A stretch of DNA of 64,000 nucleotides, from contig CAWECP010000009.1 in NCBI GenBank assembly GCA_963807675.1, positions 2,030 to 66,029 on the forward strand, read 5' to 3'. How positions within the stretch are numbered: position 1 is the first letter of the stretch; every line of letters starts with the position of its first letter. Source of the DNA: an uncultured Acidimicrobiaceae bacterium (lineage in GTDB: Bacteria; Actinomycetota; Acidimicrobiia; Acidimicrobiales; RAAP-2). Positions 27,852 through 37,703 of this stretch are shown here, in pieces. The position numbers and the translations under genes were made by a program. A model generated the notes under the pieces. The model worked only from the letters and a program-made list of their open reading frames with translations. It searched no databases and was not told where the DNA came from.

Positions 27852-28697
27852 ATGTCCGAGGACGCACCCAAGAAGCGCCGTCCCATCGAGGTGGGCGCCG
27901 AGGCCGAGCCGATCAAGCTCGGCTCCATGCTATGGACGCTCGTCGAGCCGCACCGCGGTCACGAGGTGGCCTACAACCGTTGGTACGAACGCGACCACTT
28001 CTATGCCGGCTGCATGGTCGGTCCCTACAACTTCGCCGGACGCCGGTGGGTGGCCACGGCCGATCTGAAGGTGCTGCGCGACCCGGACCCTTCCGCCATC
28101 ACGGGCGAGCCGGCCCGCGGCTCCTACGTGGCCGTGTACTGGGTGCTCGACGGCTATCACGACGTCTGGAACCGCTGGGCCCTGCGGCAGGTGAACGCGC
28201 TCCACGCGGCCGGCCGCATGTTCCAAGAGCGCGACCACGTGCACACGCTCCTCTACGACTTCCGATGGGAGCATCGACGCGACCCCGACGGCGTGCCGGT
28301 CGAGCTGGCCCTGGACCACCCCTACCGGGGCTTCGTCACCGTCTTCATCGACCGGGCCGACGACATCACGAACGAGGACCTGTGGACCTGGCTGCGCACC
28401 GAACACCTGCCGGCGCTGTTGCCGGGCAGCGACGCCGACCTGGTCGCCGCCTTCACGCCGATCGCGTTGGAGGGCGTCGACGCACCGGGCGACGTGCCGC
28501 GCCAGTCGGCCGGTGACAACCGCACCGTCCTGCTGTTCTTCCTCAACACGCCGCCCGAGGCGGCCTGGGAGCCGGTCTTCGTCGAACACCGTCGCCAGCT
28601 GGAGGAGGCGGGCAAGGGCACCGTCGTCGCCGCCCTCCCCTTCATCCCGACCATCGTCGGCACCGACACCTACACCGACAAGCTCTGGGTCGATTGA
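27852..28697 (+). CDS. conserved hypothetical protein
   Basis: 281-aa ORF with good coding character (LWTLVEPHRGHEVAYNRWYERDHFYAG...). Family not recognised. Confidence 0.5.
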   Translation: MSEDAPKKRRPIEVGAEAEPIKLGSMLWTLVEPHRGHEVAYNRWYERDHFYAGCMVGPYNFAGRRWVATADLKVLRDPDPSAITGEPARGSYVAVYWVLDGYHDVWNRWALRQVNALHAAGRMFQERDHVHTLLYDFRWEHRRDPDGVPVELALDHPYRGFVTVFIDRADDITNEDLWTWLRTEHLPALLPGSDADLVAAFTPIALEGVDAPGDVPRQSAGDNRTVLLFFLNTPPEAAWEPVFVEHRRQLEEAGKGTVVAALPFIPTIVGTDTYTDKLWVD

Positions 28698-28996
28698 CCG
28701 TCCGGTCGGCCGAGGGATTTGCCCCGGACCGCCGAACCGGCGTCGCTCAGGGCCACTTCGCAGCCTGGGAACAGCCGCAACTCTTCTCGGAAGAGATCCG
28801 AGCGAGCTTCAGATCGCTGCGCTAATACCGGAGCCCGATCGCCGGGCAGAATGTTCGCGGTTTGCCGTGAACCCGTTGGGCTGCGTTTCGATCGCCGAGC
28901 TGGGCTCTGATCCGTTCTCGACAGGGCGCGGGACCAGCGCTGGTCGGAAAAGCCTACATAGTGAGGTCACCGACCCGATTCGTCCCTGGGCCACCT

Positions 28997-30439
28997 TCAT
29001 CGCGTGGCGGGCAGCGGCTTCCAGTTCTGCTCGACGACCCAACAAACCCCCGCCGGAGGCGACCCAACCGGGCCGTGCTTGCAGAGGGTTGTCGGCGGGT
29101 GATTGTCATGGACCTCCACCACCCGGTACTCCGTTGGTCCATAGAACTTGTCCGGCCCGTAGGACAGCACAGGTGAGTACCCGCCCGGGAAGTTGGTTAT
29201 ACGCGACATCGCCTCAACGAAGGTCCGCCGATTGAGGTCCTTACCCGCCATGGTCGCCGCTTGGGCGAAGAGGCGGATCTCTTGACACCAGCCCTGGACC
29301 GGCCCTTGCTCTTCAATGTCGTCATTGATGTTGCCCTTGGGAATCTGCGGGTAGGCCTTGTGCCACACATCCCAGCAGCTCCGCACCCCCGGGTCGTACC
29401 CCCCCTGTGACTCGGGGATCGGAAGGTCGATGCCACCGAGCGTCTCTGCCGTGACACCCTCCTGGTTGTTCAGCGCCTTCTCGTAGGGGACGGGGATCAG
29501 TCCGAGCGCAATCTCAATTTCGGACTGGTAATCACTGAGGAGGAGCTTGGGGAAGTAGTCCTGCGAAGTCTCGGCGCCGATGTACGGGGTGAAGGCGTTG
29601 TCGGGTAACAGGGGGATCACCGATTGGACTCCCGCGGCCTTGAGCCGTTCGACCGCCAGCGTGGCAGTCGAGTCGGTACTGGCGGCCTCGCCGATGTCCG
29701 CCGTGACGGTGACCACCTGAGGGACCACACCAGCCTTCTTCAGGTCCGGCAAGAGGTAGGAGTCGAGCGCGGCTTGGTCGCTGGCCTGGTCTGAGACCAC
29801 GACACCGACCTTCACGCCGTGACCGAGCCGACCCGAGCTCAGACCCCATTGCACAGCGGCCGCGAGGATGGGCGCGTCGTCAGCACCCGTCCACCACAAG
29901 TACGGAGAGCCGAGGTCAGTCCAGTTGGTGGTCGTCGTCCACTGGGAGAGCATCGGCGTCTGCCCTTCCCGGGTTATGCACAGCTCATTGGTCCCTTCGT
30001 AGGTACCGAGCCCGTCAACGACGGCGAAGACGGGCGGATTGCCCTGAGTCCACTGCCTGCACAGCGCGAGCTCCTCGTTCACGTTGGTCGGGTCGAAGGG
30101 CACGATCATCGGGTTGATCTTCCGACCGTGTATTCCCCCGGCATCGTTGATCTGGTTCACGAAGAGGTCGATCGCTTTTGTCTGCTCGCCGTACTCGGCG
30201 TCCGACTCGATTTCGAACTCACCCTCGATGCTGGTGAACGAGATGACCGGGAAGACCACATTGATGGCGTTGGCCGTGACACCCCGTGCGCTTGTGCTCG
30301 CCTTGGTGACGGGGGTCGGCGCAGTGGTAGCACCCGACGGCGCGGCGACACCCAAGGCCACCGTGCTCCCAAGGACGGCGAGGGCTCCCCCTGCTCTAAG
30401 CAGTCTTCGCCTTGCTCCCGATTTTTCCCAGCGTCGCAT
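28997..30439 (-). CDS. ABC-transporter substrate-binding protein (type 1 periplasmic binding fold, LivJ-like), orphan
   Basis: Signal peptide MRRWEKSGARRRLLRAGGALAVLGSTVALGVAAPSG starts at internal ATG 30439. No permease or ATPase nearby. More A/T-rich region. Confidence 0.65.
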   Translation of the reverse strand: MRRWEKSGARRRLLRAGGALAVLGSTVALGVAAPSGATTAPTPVTKASTSARGVTANAINVVFPVISFTSIEGEFEIESDAEYGEQTKAIDLFVNQINDAGGIHGRKINPMIVPFDPTNVNEELALCRQWTQGNPPVFAVVDGLGTYEGTNELCITREGQTPMLSQWTTTTNWTDLGSPYLWWTGADDAPILAAAVQWGLSSGRLGHGVKVGVVVSDQASDQAALDSYLLPDLKKAGVVPQVVTVTADIGEAASTDSTATLAVERLKAAGVQSVIPLLPDNAFTPYIGAETSQDYFPKLLLSDYQSEIEIALGLIPVPYEKALNNQEGVTAETLGGIDLPIPESQGGYDPGVRSCWDVWHKAYPQIPKGNINDDIEEQGPVQGWCQEIRLFAQAATMAGKDLNRRTFVEAMSRITNFPGGYSPVLSYGPDKFYGPTEYRVVEVHDNHPPTTLCKHGPVGSPPAGVCWVVEQNWKPLPATR

Positions 30440-30679
30440 CGCCAACTCCCCTAACGCGCCTTCGAGCCGGGCAGCCCGGAAGAGGGTATCGCTGGTGGGA
30501 CAGACAATCACGGCAGTAGTTGCCTCCCGTCCGAGGTACGGGGGCTCACCCTGTCCTTCGACGGGTGAGCGGCTTCCGGCCAAGCGGATGTGTTGTGTGC
30601 TCCCCCGGTCAGCAGGTTTGGCGCCGAATGACGGCGCCTTCAAATCTGGAACGACAATGGCGACTCGACCGCGTGCTGA

Positions 30680-31290
30680 TCAATTCGCTGCCCAGAGGTG
30701 CCCGTCACCTGGGACACCCTTGAGGGTGCGGGCACCTCGGTCGTCGAACTCGAGATCCGAACCTGTAACGAGATCCTTGACAGTGCTGGTGACGAGCACC
30801 TCACCAGGTCCCGCCAGAGCGCTCACTCGTGCGCCGATGTGCACGCCGATTCCGGCGACATCGTCGGCTCGCCGTTCGACTTCTCCGGTGTGAAGACCAG
30901 CGCGCACCTTGATGCCCAGCGATTCGACGGCCCTTTGTACATCTTGCTCATGACAGTACTTTTTACCGACATCGTGGATTCAACCGCCCGTGCGTCTGCG
31001 ATCGGCGAGCGAGCCTGGCGGACGCTGCTCGAACAGCATGATGGAGCCGCAGGACGGCTATCGAACACCACCGCGGCGTCCTCGAGAAGCGCACGGGCGG
31101 TGGCTTGCTTGCCACTTTTGACGGGCCGGGACGCGGAATACGGTCTATATCGACGCGGCGCGGCGCCGGCAATCCGGTGACGAACTCGGCGATCGCGTCG
31201 ACGACTGGGTCGTCTTCGCCAGGCTGGCCACCTATGTGAAACTTGCCTGGGAGCTCGCCCTCGGGAGCGCCCGAACGACCGCTCGAAACT
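30680..31290 (-). pseudogene. remnant of an alpha/beta-hydrolase-fused class III adenylate/guanylate cyclase with an internally inverted segment
   Basis: Minus strand reads ELPGKFHIGGQPGEDDPVVDAIAEFVTGLPAPRRVDIDR (31290-31140) and [27 protein letters not shown]...[10 protein letters not shown]...LKGVPG (30955-30680). Plus strand between them reads [23 protein letters not shown]...HHRGVLEKRTGGGLLATFDGPGRGIR (30950-31143). Confidence 0.65.
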
Positions 31291-31458
31291 GCCGGTTATC
31301 AAACGGGACTTTTCTGGCTCCCAGGACTATCCCCATGGTGCGATCACGGGAAACGGGAATCCGGGAACCAATACAATAGTTAAACCGTGAGTCCGCGACT
31401 TCAGGCCAGCGCTGTCTCACCGATTGGCCGAGCCATGGGTCGACTGAGTTCCCGGCGC

Positions 31459-32349
31459 TCAGGCCTCCCGCCACGGCGTCATGTCGAGGCCGGGATAGCG
31501 GGCCGCCACCCCGGCCAGGGTCTGCTCGTTCCAGTAGAGGTGTCCCGGAGGTGGAAAGCCCAGCGCAGACAATTGCCGCACGCTGGCCCCGTTGGCGAAG
31601 CGGTGCCAGGCCAAGTCTTCGGCCGCTCCGGGCCACGCCTGTGAGCCGAGCCAGTCCGTCTGCACCGGCTTGAACGACACGTGGAGCATGAAGCGAGCCG
31701 ATGCGGGGGCGGCCATCCGGACGCCCCGGTGATAGACGTCGGGCCGGTACGCCAGCACGGAACCGGCCGGCCCCTCGGCCGGCACCTCCGCCTCGTACAG
31801 GTGGCGGTATTCGGAGAGGCTCAGGTAGGTCCGCTCTATCGGGATGTCGCCGGTCAGGCGCCGCGACACCATGCGGGTCGCCGCCGTGTCTGCGGTCACG
31901 TCGCTCAGGTAGACGAACAGCTCCAGGTGCTGGTAGCCCACGTCCGAGCGCGGGACCACCAAGGTGTGGTTGCCGTAGTCGACGTGCAGCAGCTGGTCGT
32001 CCGACTGGGCACCACCGGAGTACTTGGCACTCAGCATGCCCTGGTACAGGCGCAGATCGGTCAGGGCCAGGAACTCCTCGGCCAAGTCGATCAGTCGGTC
32101 GTGGAGGACCAGCTCGTTGAACGCGGGGCTCTCGAAGGGAAACCTGGGCATCACGACGTGCGAGTCGGTGCGGAAGGGAGCGTTTCGCTCCGGATCGCGA
32201 TCGGCTGCGAAGTCCTCGGAGTTCGGGAAGACATGCTCGAGCGCCGCCCGCGCCGCCGACACGACGTCGTCGGGCAGCCAGTGCTCCAGCACGCACCAGC
32301 CGTCGTTCTCCCACTGTCCCTTGAGCTCGGCACCGGCCGTGTGACTCAT
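31459..32349 (-). CDS. phytanoyl-CoA dioxygenase (PhyH) family protein
   Basis: Internal ATG 32349 (MSHTAGAELKGQWENDGWCVLEHWLPDD...). Fe/2OG-like HVDYGNH region. Confidence 0.7.
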   Translation of the reverse strand: MSHTAGAELKGQWENDGWCVLEHWLPDDVVSAARAALEHVFPNSEDFAADRDPERNAPFRTDSHVVMPRFPFESPAFNELVLHDRLIDLAEEFLALTDLRLYQGMLSAKYSGGAQSDDQLLHVDYGNHTLVVPRSDVGYQHLELFVYLSDVTADTAATRMVSRRLTGDIPIERTYLSLSEYRHLYEAEVPAEGPAGSVLAYRPDVYHRGVRMAAPASARFMLHVSFKPVQTDWLGSQAWPGAAEDLAWHRFANGASVRQLSALGFPPPGHLYWNEQTLAGVAARYPGLDMTPWREA

Positions 32350-32574
32350 ATGGCGGCGGGGAGCGGTTTCCACGGTTCGACCGGCGTCCAGCACACGGCC
32401 TGGGGCGACAGCTTGCCCATGGGCAACCGGCACTGACTGCTCGGCGGCGAGCACATGGCCTGACACGATCCGGTTGTGCGGGGCATGGTGGTCGACCTCC
32501 GTCGTGGGGCCCACGGGACGCCACAGACCCTAACCAGCTGCTCCGTCGGGCCGGGGGCCACCCGGAGGGGCGAC

Positions 32575-33369
32575 CTACCCCCGGGCCACGATCTCCACGT
32601 GCGTGATCACGAACACCGAGTCCGGCTCGGCCGCCCAACGCAAGAAGGCCGCCGCGATCGCCTCCAGCTCGTCGGCGTCGCTCAGCCCGTACTCCACCGC
32701 CTGCTCGGCGATCCGCGAGTAGCGCATGCGGTCGGCCCAGAGGTCGCCCCACCACACCCGGGACTCCGGGTCGGCGTAGGTCCAGGTCGAGCTCAATGTC
32801 TCCAGGTCGTCGAACCCGGCCGCCCGGGCCAGCGCCGGCAGCTTGGGGCCGATGCGGGCGTCGTGGCCGTTGCGCCGGGTCACGGCGAAGTACAGCTCGA
32901 GCCAGCGGTCCAGCACGGGGTCGGCCGGCGCCCAGGTGAAGGCGCCGTAGTCCGAGTCGCGCGCCGCCAGCAGGCCGCCCGGCCGCAGGACGCGCCGCAT
33001 CTCGACCAGGGCGGCCACCGGGTCGCCGAGGTGCTGGAGCACCTGGTGCAGGTGGACCACGTCGAACGACTCGTCGGGGAAGGGGAGCGCGAACAGGTCG
33101 CCCACTTCGAAGCGTAGGTTCGACACCCCGAGTGCCGCCGCGTGCGCGGTCGCCTGGGCCACCACCTCGGCGCCGGCGTCGAGCCCCACGACCTCACCGG
33201 GCGCGACCAGGAGCGCCAGGTCGGCCGTGATGGTGCCGGGACCGCAGCCCACGTCCAGCAGCGACTGGCCGGCACGCAGGTAGGGCAACAGGTAGGCCGA
33301 CGAGTTCTCGGCCGTGCGCCAGGTGTGGCTGCGCAGGACGGATTCGTGGTGCCCGTGCGTGTAGGCCAT
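32575..33369 (-). CDS. class I SAM-dependent methyltransferase
   Basis: SLLDVGCGPGTITADLA motif I. Confidence 0.8.
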   Translation of the reverse strand: MAYTHGHHESVLRSHTWRTAENSSAYLLPYLRAGQSLLDVGCGPGTITADLALLVAPGEVVGLDAGAEVVAQATAHAAALGVSNLRFEVGDLFALPFPDESFDVVHLHQVLQHLGDPVAALVEMRRVLRPGGLLAARDSDYGAFTWAPADPVLDRWLELYFAVTRRNGHDARIGPKLPALARAAGFDDLETLSSTWTYADPESRVWWGDLWADRMRYSRIAEQAVEYGLSDADELEAIAAAFLRWAAEPDSVFVITHVEIVARG

Positions 33370-33383
33370 GCCAACATTGTCGC

Positions 33384-34247
33384 GTGCCCGAATTGCCCGA
33401 GATGCAGGCCCTGTCCGAGCGCCTCGACACGCTCCTCAGCGGCCTGACCCTGCGCCGGGCCGATCTCCTGGGCTTCTCCTCCCTCAAGACCTACGACCCC
33501 TCGCCCGACGCGCTCGAGGGCGCCACGCTCCTGTCTGTCACCCGCCGGGCCAAGTACCTGGTGTGGGAGTTCGACGACGGCAACCGCATTGTGCTCCATC
33601 TCTCCCAGGCGGGGCGGCTCGATATCGAGGACCCGCCCAAGAAGACCAAGCCCCGGGGCTCGGTGGCCCGCTTCGTCTTCGGCGCCGGCGACGCCGGGCT
33701 CGATGGACCCGGCATCGGCATCCTGGTGCGCGAGTACGGCACCCAACGCAAGGCGTCGTGGTGGGTGCTCGGGCCCGGCGACGAGGGCCCGCTGCACGAC
33801 CTCGGCCCGGAGCCCGGCACCGAGGAGTTCGCCGCCTTCATCCGCACCAGCGACTCCAACCGCCACCTGACCACCGACCTGCGCGACCAGCACACCGTCT
33901 CGGGCATCGGCCGCGGCTGGGGCGACGACATCTTGCAGCGGGCCAAGCTGTCGCCCTTCGCGTCGTTGCGCTCGCTCAGTCCGGAGCAGCGCGAGAGCCT
34001 TATTACCGCTGCCAACGAGGTGCTCGACGAGGCCCTCGAGCTCGAGCGCCGGCGCCCCGGCGGGCTCTCCGAGTCCAGCCTCGGTGGCCGCTTCAACGTG
34101 CACGGACGCTTCGGCCAGCCCTGCCCGACGTGCGGCACCGCGCTCCAGCGCGTCTCGTTCGAGTCCTACGAAATGGCGTACTGCCCCACCTGCCAGACGG
34201 GCGGCAAGGTGCTGGCCGACCGAAGGCTGTCGCGCCTGCTGAAGTAG
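33384..34247 (+). CDS. Fpg/Nei family DNA glycosylase
   Basis: MPELPE N-terminus (catalytic Pro2/Glu3) and a C-terminal zinc finger CPTCG...CPTCQ. Confidence 0.85.
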   Translation: MPELPEMQALSERLDTLLSGLTLRRADLLGFSSLKTYDPSPDALEGATLLSVTRRAKYLVWEFDDGNRIVLHLSQAGRLDIEDPPKKTKPRGSVARFVFGAGDAGLDGPGIGILVREYGTQRKASWWVLGPGDEGPLHDLGPEPGTEEFAAFIRTSDSNRHLTTDLRDQHTVSGIGRGWGDDILQRAKLSPFASLRSLSPEQRESLITAANEVLDEALELERRRPGGLSESSLGGRFNVHGRFGQPCPTCGTALQRVSFESYEMAYCPTCQTGGKVLADRRLSRLLK

Positions 34248-34261
34248 GCGAGCGGCGGTGC

Positions 34262-34897
34262 TCAGCCCAGCTGGCGCACCACCGTCACGACCTTGCCGAA
34301 GATCGTGATCTCGTCGTTGCCGTCGAACACCATCGGCTCGTAGGCGGCGTTGGCCGGCGTGAGCACGACCTGCCCGCCGCGCCGGTCGAATCTCTTCACG
34401 GTCGCCTCGCCGTCGCCGATGCCGGCCACCACCACGTCGCCGTTGTTCGCCTCGGGCTGCTGGCGCACCACGACATAATCCCCGTCGTAGATGCCGGCCT
34501 CGACCATGGAGTCCCCGCGCACCCGCAGCATGAACGCCGGCCCCGTGCCGATGAACTGCTCGGGCATGGGCAGGAGCTCCTCGACGTTCTCCTCGGCCAG
34601 CACGCCGGTGCCGGCGGCCACGTCGCCGACCAGCGGCACGTTGTGCACGGCGGCAGGGGGAAGCTTGGATTCCGTGTCCGGGTCGAAGTGCACCTGGATG
34701 GCCCGGGGCTTGCTCGGGTCCCGCGACAGGTAGCCCTCCCGCTGCAGCACGGCCAGGTGCGTGTGCACGGTGGCCGACGACGTCAGGCCCACCGCCTCGC
34801 CGATCTCGCGCACCGATGGGGGATAGCCCCGGTCGCGCTGGTTGTCGGCGATGAAGTTCAGGATCTGCAGCCGCTTCCCGCTCAGGACCTCGGCCAT
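34262..34897 (-). CDS. lexA: LexA repressor
   Basis: GYPPSVREIGEAVGL winged HTH, VAAG cleavage site, GDSM and VKRF (Ser/Lys dyad). Internal ATG at 34897. Confidence 0.95.
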   Translation of the reverse strand: MAEVLSGKRLQILNFIADNQRDRGYPPSVREIGEAVGLTSSATVHTHLAVLQREGYLSRDPSKPRAIQVHFDPDTESKLPPAAVHNVPLVGDVAAGTGVLAEENVEELLPMPEQFIGTGPAFMLRVRGDSMVEAGIYDGDYVVVRQQPEANNGDVVVAGIGDGEATVKRFDRRGGQVVLTPANAAYEPMVFDGNDEITIFGKVVTVVRQLG

Positions 34898-34950
34898 CGG
34901 CGTCTCCTTTGGTGCCCACCCCGGCCGTTGCGCCGGGCCCCTCCTGGGGG

Positions 34951-34964
34951 CGAACATCCGTTCG
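34951..34964. promoter_or_regulatory. LexA (SOS) box CGAAC-atcc-GTTCG
   Basis: Perfect core, 54 nt upstream of the lexA start. Shared with the divergent hydrolase gene. Confidence 0.8.
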
Positions 34965-34999
34965 TGACGAACCAACTTAGCCAGGCCAGGGCCCGAAAG

Positions 35000-35013
35000 C
35001 AAACATCTGTTCG
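35000..35013. promoter_or_regulatory. second, imperfect LexA box CAAAC-atct-GTTCG
   Basis: One mismatch to the core. Same intergenic region. Confidence 0.55.
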
Positions 35014-35074
35014 CTGGCGTGACTGGATCGGGCCGGCCCGAGCACGGACGGACCGGCGGCCTTAGCCTGCGACC

Positions 35075-35953
35075 GTGGGCGTCGAGACGACGATGGTGCA
35101 GGCCGCGGACGGACGCGAGCTGTGCGTCGAGACCGGTGGCCATCCCGACGGCAAACCCGTGCTGATCCATCACGGGTCCCCCGGTTCGCGGCTGTTCGTC
35201 GACGACTGGGTGTCCGACGCGACGCAGGACGGTGTGCGCCTCATCGGCTACGACCGGCCGGGCTACGGGGGCTCGACACCGGATCCGGCGCGCACTGTGG
35301 CGGACTGCGCGACGGACGTGCGCGCCATCGCGGCGGCGCTCGGGTACGACCGCATCGCCGTGTGGGGCATCAGCGGTGGTGGGCCGCACACGTTGGCCTG
35401 CGCGGCGCTGCTACCCGACCTGGTGTGTGCCGTGGCCTCCCTGGCGTCCATCGCACCGTACGGGCCGCCCGATCTGGACTACTTCACCGACATGGGGCAG
35501 GACAACGTCGATGACATCCAGCTCTTGCTCCGCGACCCGGTGGCGGCGCACGAGAAGTTGGCGTCGGACCGTGAGGGGCTGTTGCAGGCCACTGCGGAGA
35601 CGGTGACCGCCGGAATCGAGTCGTTGATCTCGCCCACGGACGCTGCGGCACTGCGCGGCGGGCTCGACGAGTACCTGCTGCGCTCCATGCAGCTCGGGCT
35701 CGAACCAGGCGACGAGGGCTGGTGGGAGGACTGCAAGGTCCACGTGAAGGACTGGAGGTTCTCCTTCGACGACATCGAGGTGCCGGTGCAGCTCTGGCAC
35801 GGCCGCCAGGACAAGTTCGTGCCGTTCCAGCACGGCGAGTGGCTGGCCAAGCAGATCCCCGGCGTCGAGGCGCACCTCTCCGACGACGACGGGCACCTCA
35901 CCCTGTTGTTCAAGCTGCGCGCGATCCACGCCTGGCTGCTCGAGCACTTCTGA
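35075..35953 (+). CDS. alpha/beta hydrolase
   Basis: VLIHHGSPGS and the nucleophile elbow WGISGGG. Confidence 0.8.
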   Translation: MGVETTMVQAADGRELCVETGGHPDGKPVLIHHGSPGSRLFVDDWVSDATQDGVRLIGYDRPGYGGSTPDPARTVADCATDVRAIAAALGYDRIAVWGISGGGPHTLACAALLPDLVCAVASLASIAPYGPPDLDYFTDMGQDNVDDIQLLLRDPVAAHEKLASDREGLLQATAETVTAGIESLISPTDAAALRGGLDEYLLRSMQLGLEPGDEGWWEDCKVHVKDWRFSFDDIEVPVQLWHGRQDKFVPFQHGEWLAKQIPGVEAHLSDDDGHLTLLFKLRAIHAWLLEHF

Positions 35954-35965
35954 GGGGACGCCCCG

Positions 35966-36688
35966 CTATTGGGCGCCGGCGTGGACTCCCAGTTCGGCCA
36001 GCAGCCGGTCGCGCAGGGCGTCGAAGGCCTCGCCACCGACGCGACGGGGTCGCGGGAGGTCGACGCGCCGGTCCAGGGAAATGCGCCCGTCGGTCAGCAC
36101 CAGCACGCGGTCGGCCAGCAGCACGGCCTCCTCCACGTCGTGGGTCACCAGCAGGACCCCGGGGCGGTGGCGGGCGCACAGGTCGGCCACCAGCTGCTGC
36201 ATGCGCAGGCGGGTCAGGGCGTCGAGCGCGGCGAAGGGCTCGTCGAGCAGCAGGAGCTGGGGCTCGCGCACCAGCGCACGGGCCAGCGCCACCCGCTGCG
36301 CCTCGCCCCCCGACAGCGTGCCGGGCCAGGCGTCGGCGTGGTCGGCCAGGCCCATCTCGGCCAGGGCCTGCGTGGCCCGCTGGCGCGTGGCTTGGGCGCG
36401 CGGGAGCCCGAGCACCACGTTGCGCCAGACGCGCTGGGAGATCACCAGCCGGGGCTCCTGGAAGACGACCGTGCGTACCGCGGGGACGTAGACCTCCCCG
36501 CCACTGGCCGCGTCGAGCCCGGCCAGGATGCGCAGCAAGGTGGTCTTGCCGCTGCCCGAAGCTCCGAGCAGGGCCACGAACTCACCTTGCGCCACCGTGA
36601 CGTCGATGCCTTCGAGGACGGTGCGGTCGCCGAAGGACTTGGTGGCGTCGAAGACGACGGCGGCGGGCACGGTGCTGAGCGCGGTCAT
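35966..36688 (-). CDS. ABC transporter ATP-binding protein (sulfonate/taurine/nitrate type)
   Basis: Walker A GASGSGKTT, signature LSGGEAQR and Walker B LLLLDEP. Internal ATG at 36688. Confidence 0.85.
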   Translation of the reverse strand: MTALSTVPAAVVFDATKSFGDRTVLEGIDVTVAQGEFVALLGASGSGKTTLLRILAGLDAASGGEVYVPAVRTVVFQEPRLVISQRVWRNVVLGLPRAQATRQRATQALAEMGLADHADAWPGTLSGGEAQRVALARALVREPQLLLLDEPFAALDALTRLRMQQLVADLCARHRPGVLLVTHDVEEAVLLADRVLVLTDGRISLDRRVDLPRPRRVGGEAFDALRDRLLAELGVHAGAQ

Positions 36689-37596
36689 CGCACGGCCTGG
36701 TGCCGGCGCCACGGCATGGTGAACCGCTCGAGCAGGCGGACCGAGAGGTCGGCGCCAATGCCCAGCAGCGCGTAGATGACGACGCACACGACGAGGACGG
36801 GGATCTGTTGCAGGCTGTCGGCCTGGGCCACCAGGTAGCCGATGCCCTGATTGGCCCCGATGCTCTCGGTGAAGACGAGCGCGATGACCGAAATGCCGGC
36901 CGAGAAGCGCAGCCCGGTCATGATCGACGGCATGGCGAGCGGCACGACGACGCGGCGCACCAGCTGCCAGCCCTTGACCCCGAAGCAACGCGCCGCCTCG
37001 ACCACGCGCCGGTCGACGTTGCGCACGCCGTTGGACGTGTTCAGGTACATCGGGAAGAGGGTGGCCAACCCGATGAGGAGCACCTTGGCCATTTCGCCGA
37101 TGCCGAACCAAATGATGAAGAGGAAGATGACGGCGGGGTAGGGCACCATGCGCAGCATCTGCATGGAGGCGTCGACGAGCTCCTCGCCCAGCCGGGTCAG
37201 CCCGACCACGATGCCGAGGGTCAGCCCGATGCTCGCCCCGAGCGCCAGGCCGAGCACCGCCCGGCGCGCCGACACGCCGATGTCGCCCAGGAGGTCCTGG
37301 TGCCGCCACAGCTCGACGAAGGCGTCCCAGGTGGCGGCCGGCGTCGACAGGGTGGTGGACGGGATGACCCTTGTGCCGGTGAGGATCCACCAGGCGGCCA
37401 AGATCGAGACCGGCACCAGCAGGCGGAGCGCCACCGCCCAACGGCGGGGACGCCGGACCGGCGTGCCGGTCTCCAGGCGGAGAAGTCCCTCCGCCTCCGG
37501 GGCCGGCTGGGGATCCGGCCCCGGAGGGGCGGCGGTTCCCGGCGCACCCTGGGGGGTGGGCGAGGCGGGAACCAGACCGGTGCGCAGCAATGTCAC
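36685..37596 (-). CDS. ABC transporter permease (SsuC/TauC-like)
   Basis: Six-TM BPD-type permease. GTG 37596 and TTG 37590 are the only canonical starts upstream of the RRPRRW pre-TM segment. The longer ORF reads into the IS left end. Confidence 0.8.
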   Translation of the reverse strand: MTLLRTGLVPASPTPQGAPGTAAPPGPDPQPAPEAEGLLRLETGTPVRRPRRWAVALRLLVPVSILAAWWILTGTRVIPSTTLSTPAATWDAFVELWRHQDLLGDIGVSARRAVLGLALGASIGLTLGIVVGLTRLGEELVDASMQMLRMVPYPAVIFLFIIWFGIGEMAKVLLIGLATLFPMYLNTSNGVRNVDRRVVEAARCFGVKGWQLVRRVVVPLAMPSIMTGLRFSAGISVIALVFTESIGANQGIGYLVAQADSLQQIPVLVVCVVIYALLGIGADLSVRLLERFTMPWRRHQAVR

Positions 37597-37620
37597 TGGG
37601 GCGGGGTGTGGACCGGGAAG

Positions 37621-37640
37621 CCCACGACTTGAGTCGTGGG
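37621..37640 (+). repeat. IS left-end subterminal hairpin CCCACG-acttgagt-CGTGGG
   Basis: 6-bp stem with an 8-nt loop. Same stem as the right end. Confidence 0.8.
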
Positions 37641-37703
37641 AGGCAGAGCCCACTCGGGCCGCTGGCCCGACCTTGTGACAACCCATCGGCATGCTGGCGT
37701 TCG

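Noticed and set aside
30940-31150. Short inverted repeats at the borders of the inverted cyclase segment (GACaGTA / GACcGTA)
   Set aside because: Only 6 of 7 nt match. That is compatible with chance and not enough to propose a recombinase site.
36685-37692. Longer permease ORF starting at 37692
   Set aside because: The extra 32 codons are the reverse complement of the IS left end, including its hairpin. The native start is GTG 37596, which overlapped the upstream stop before insertion.
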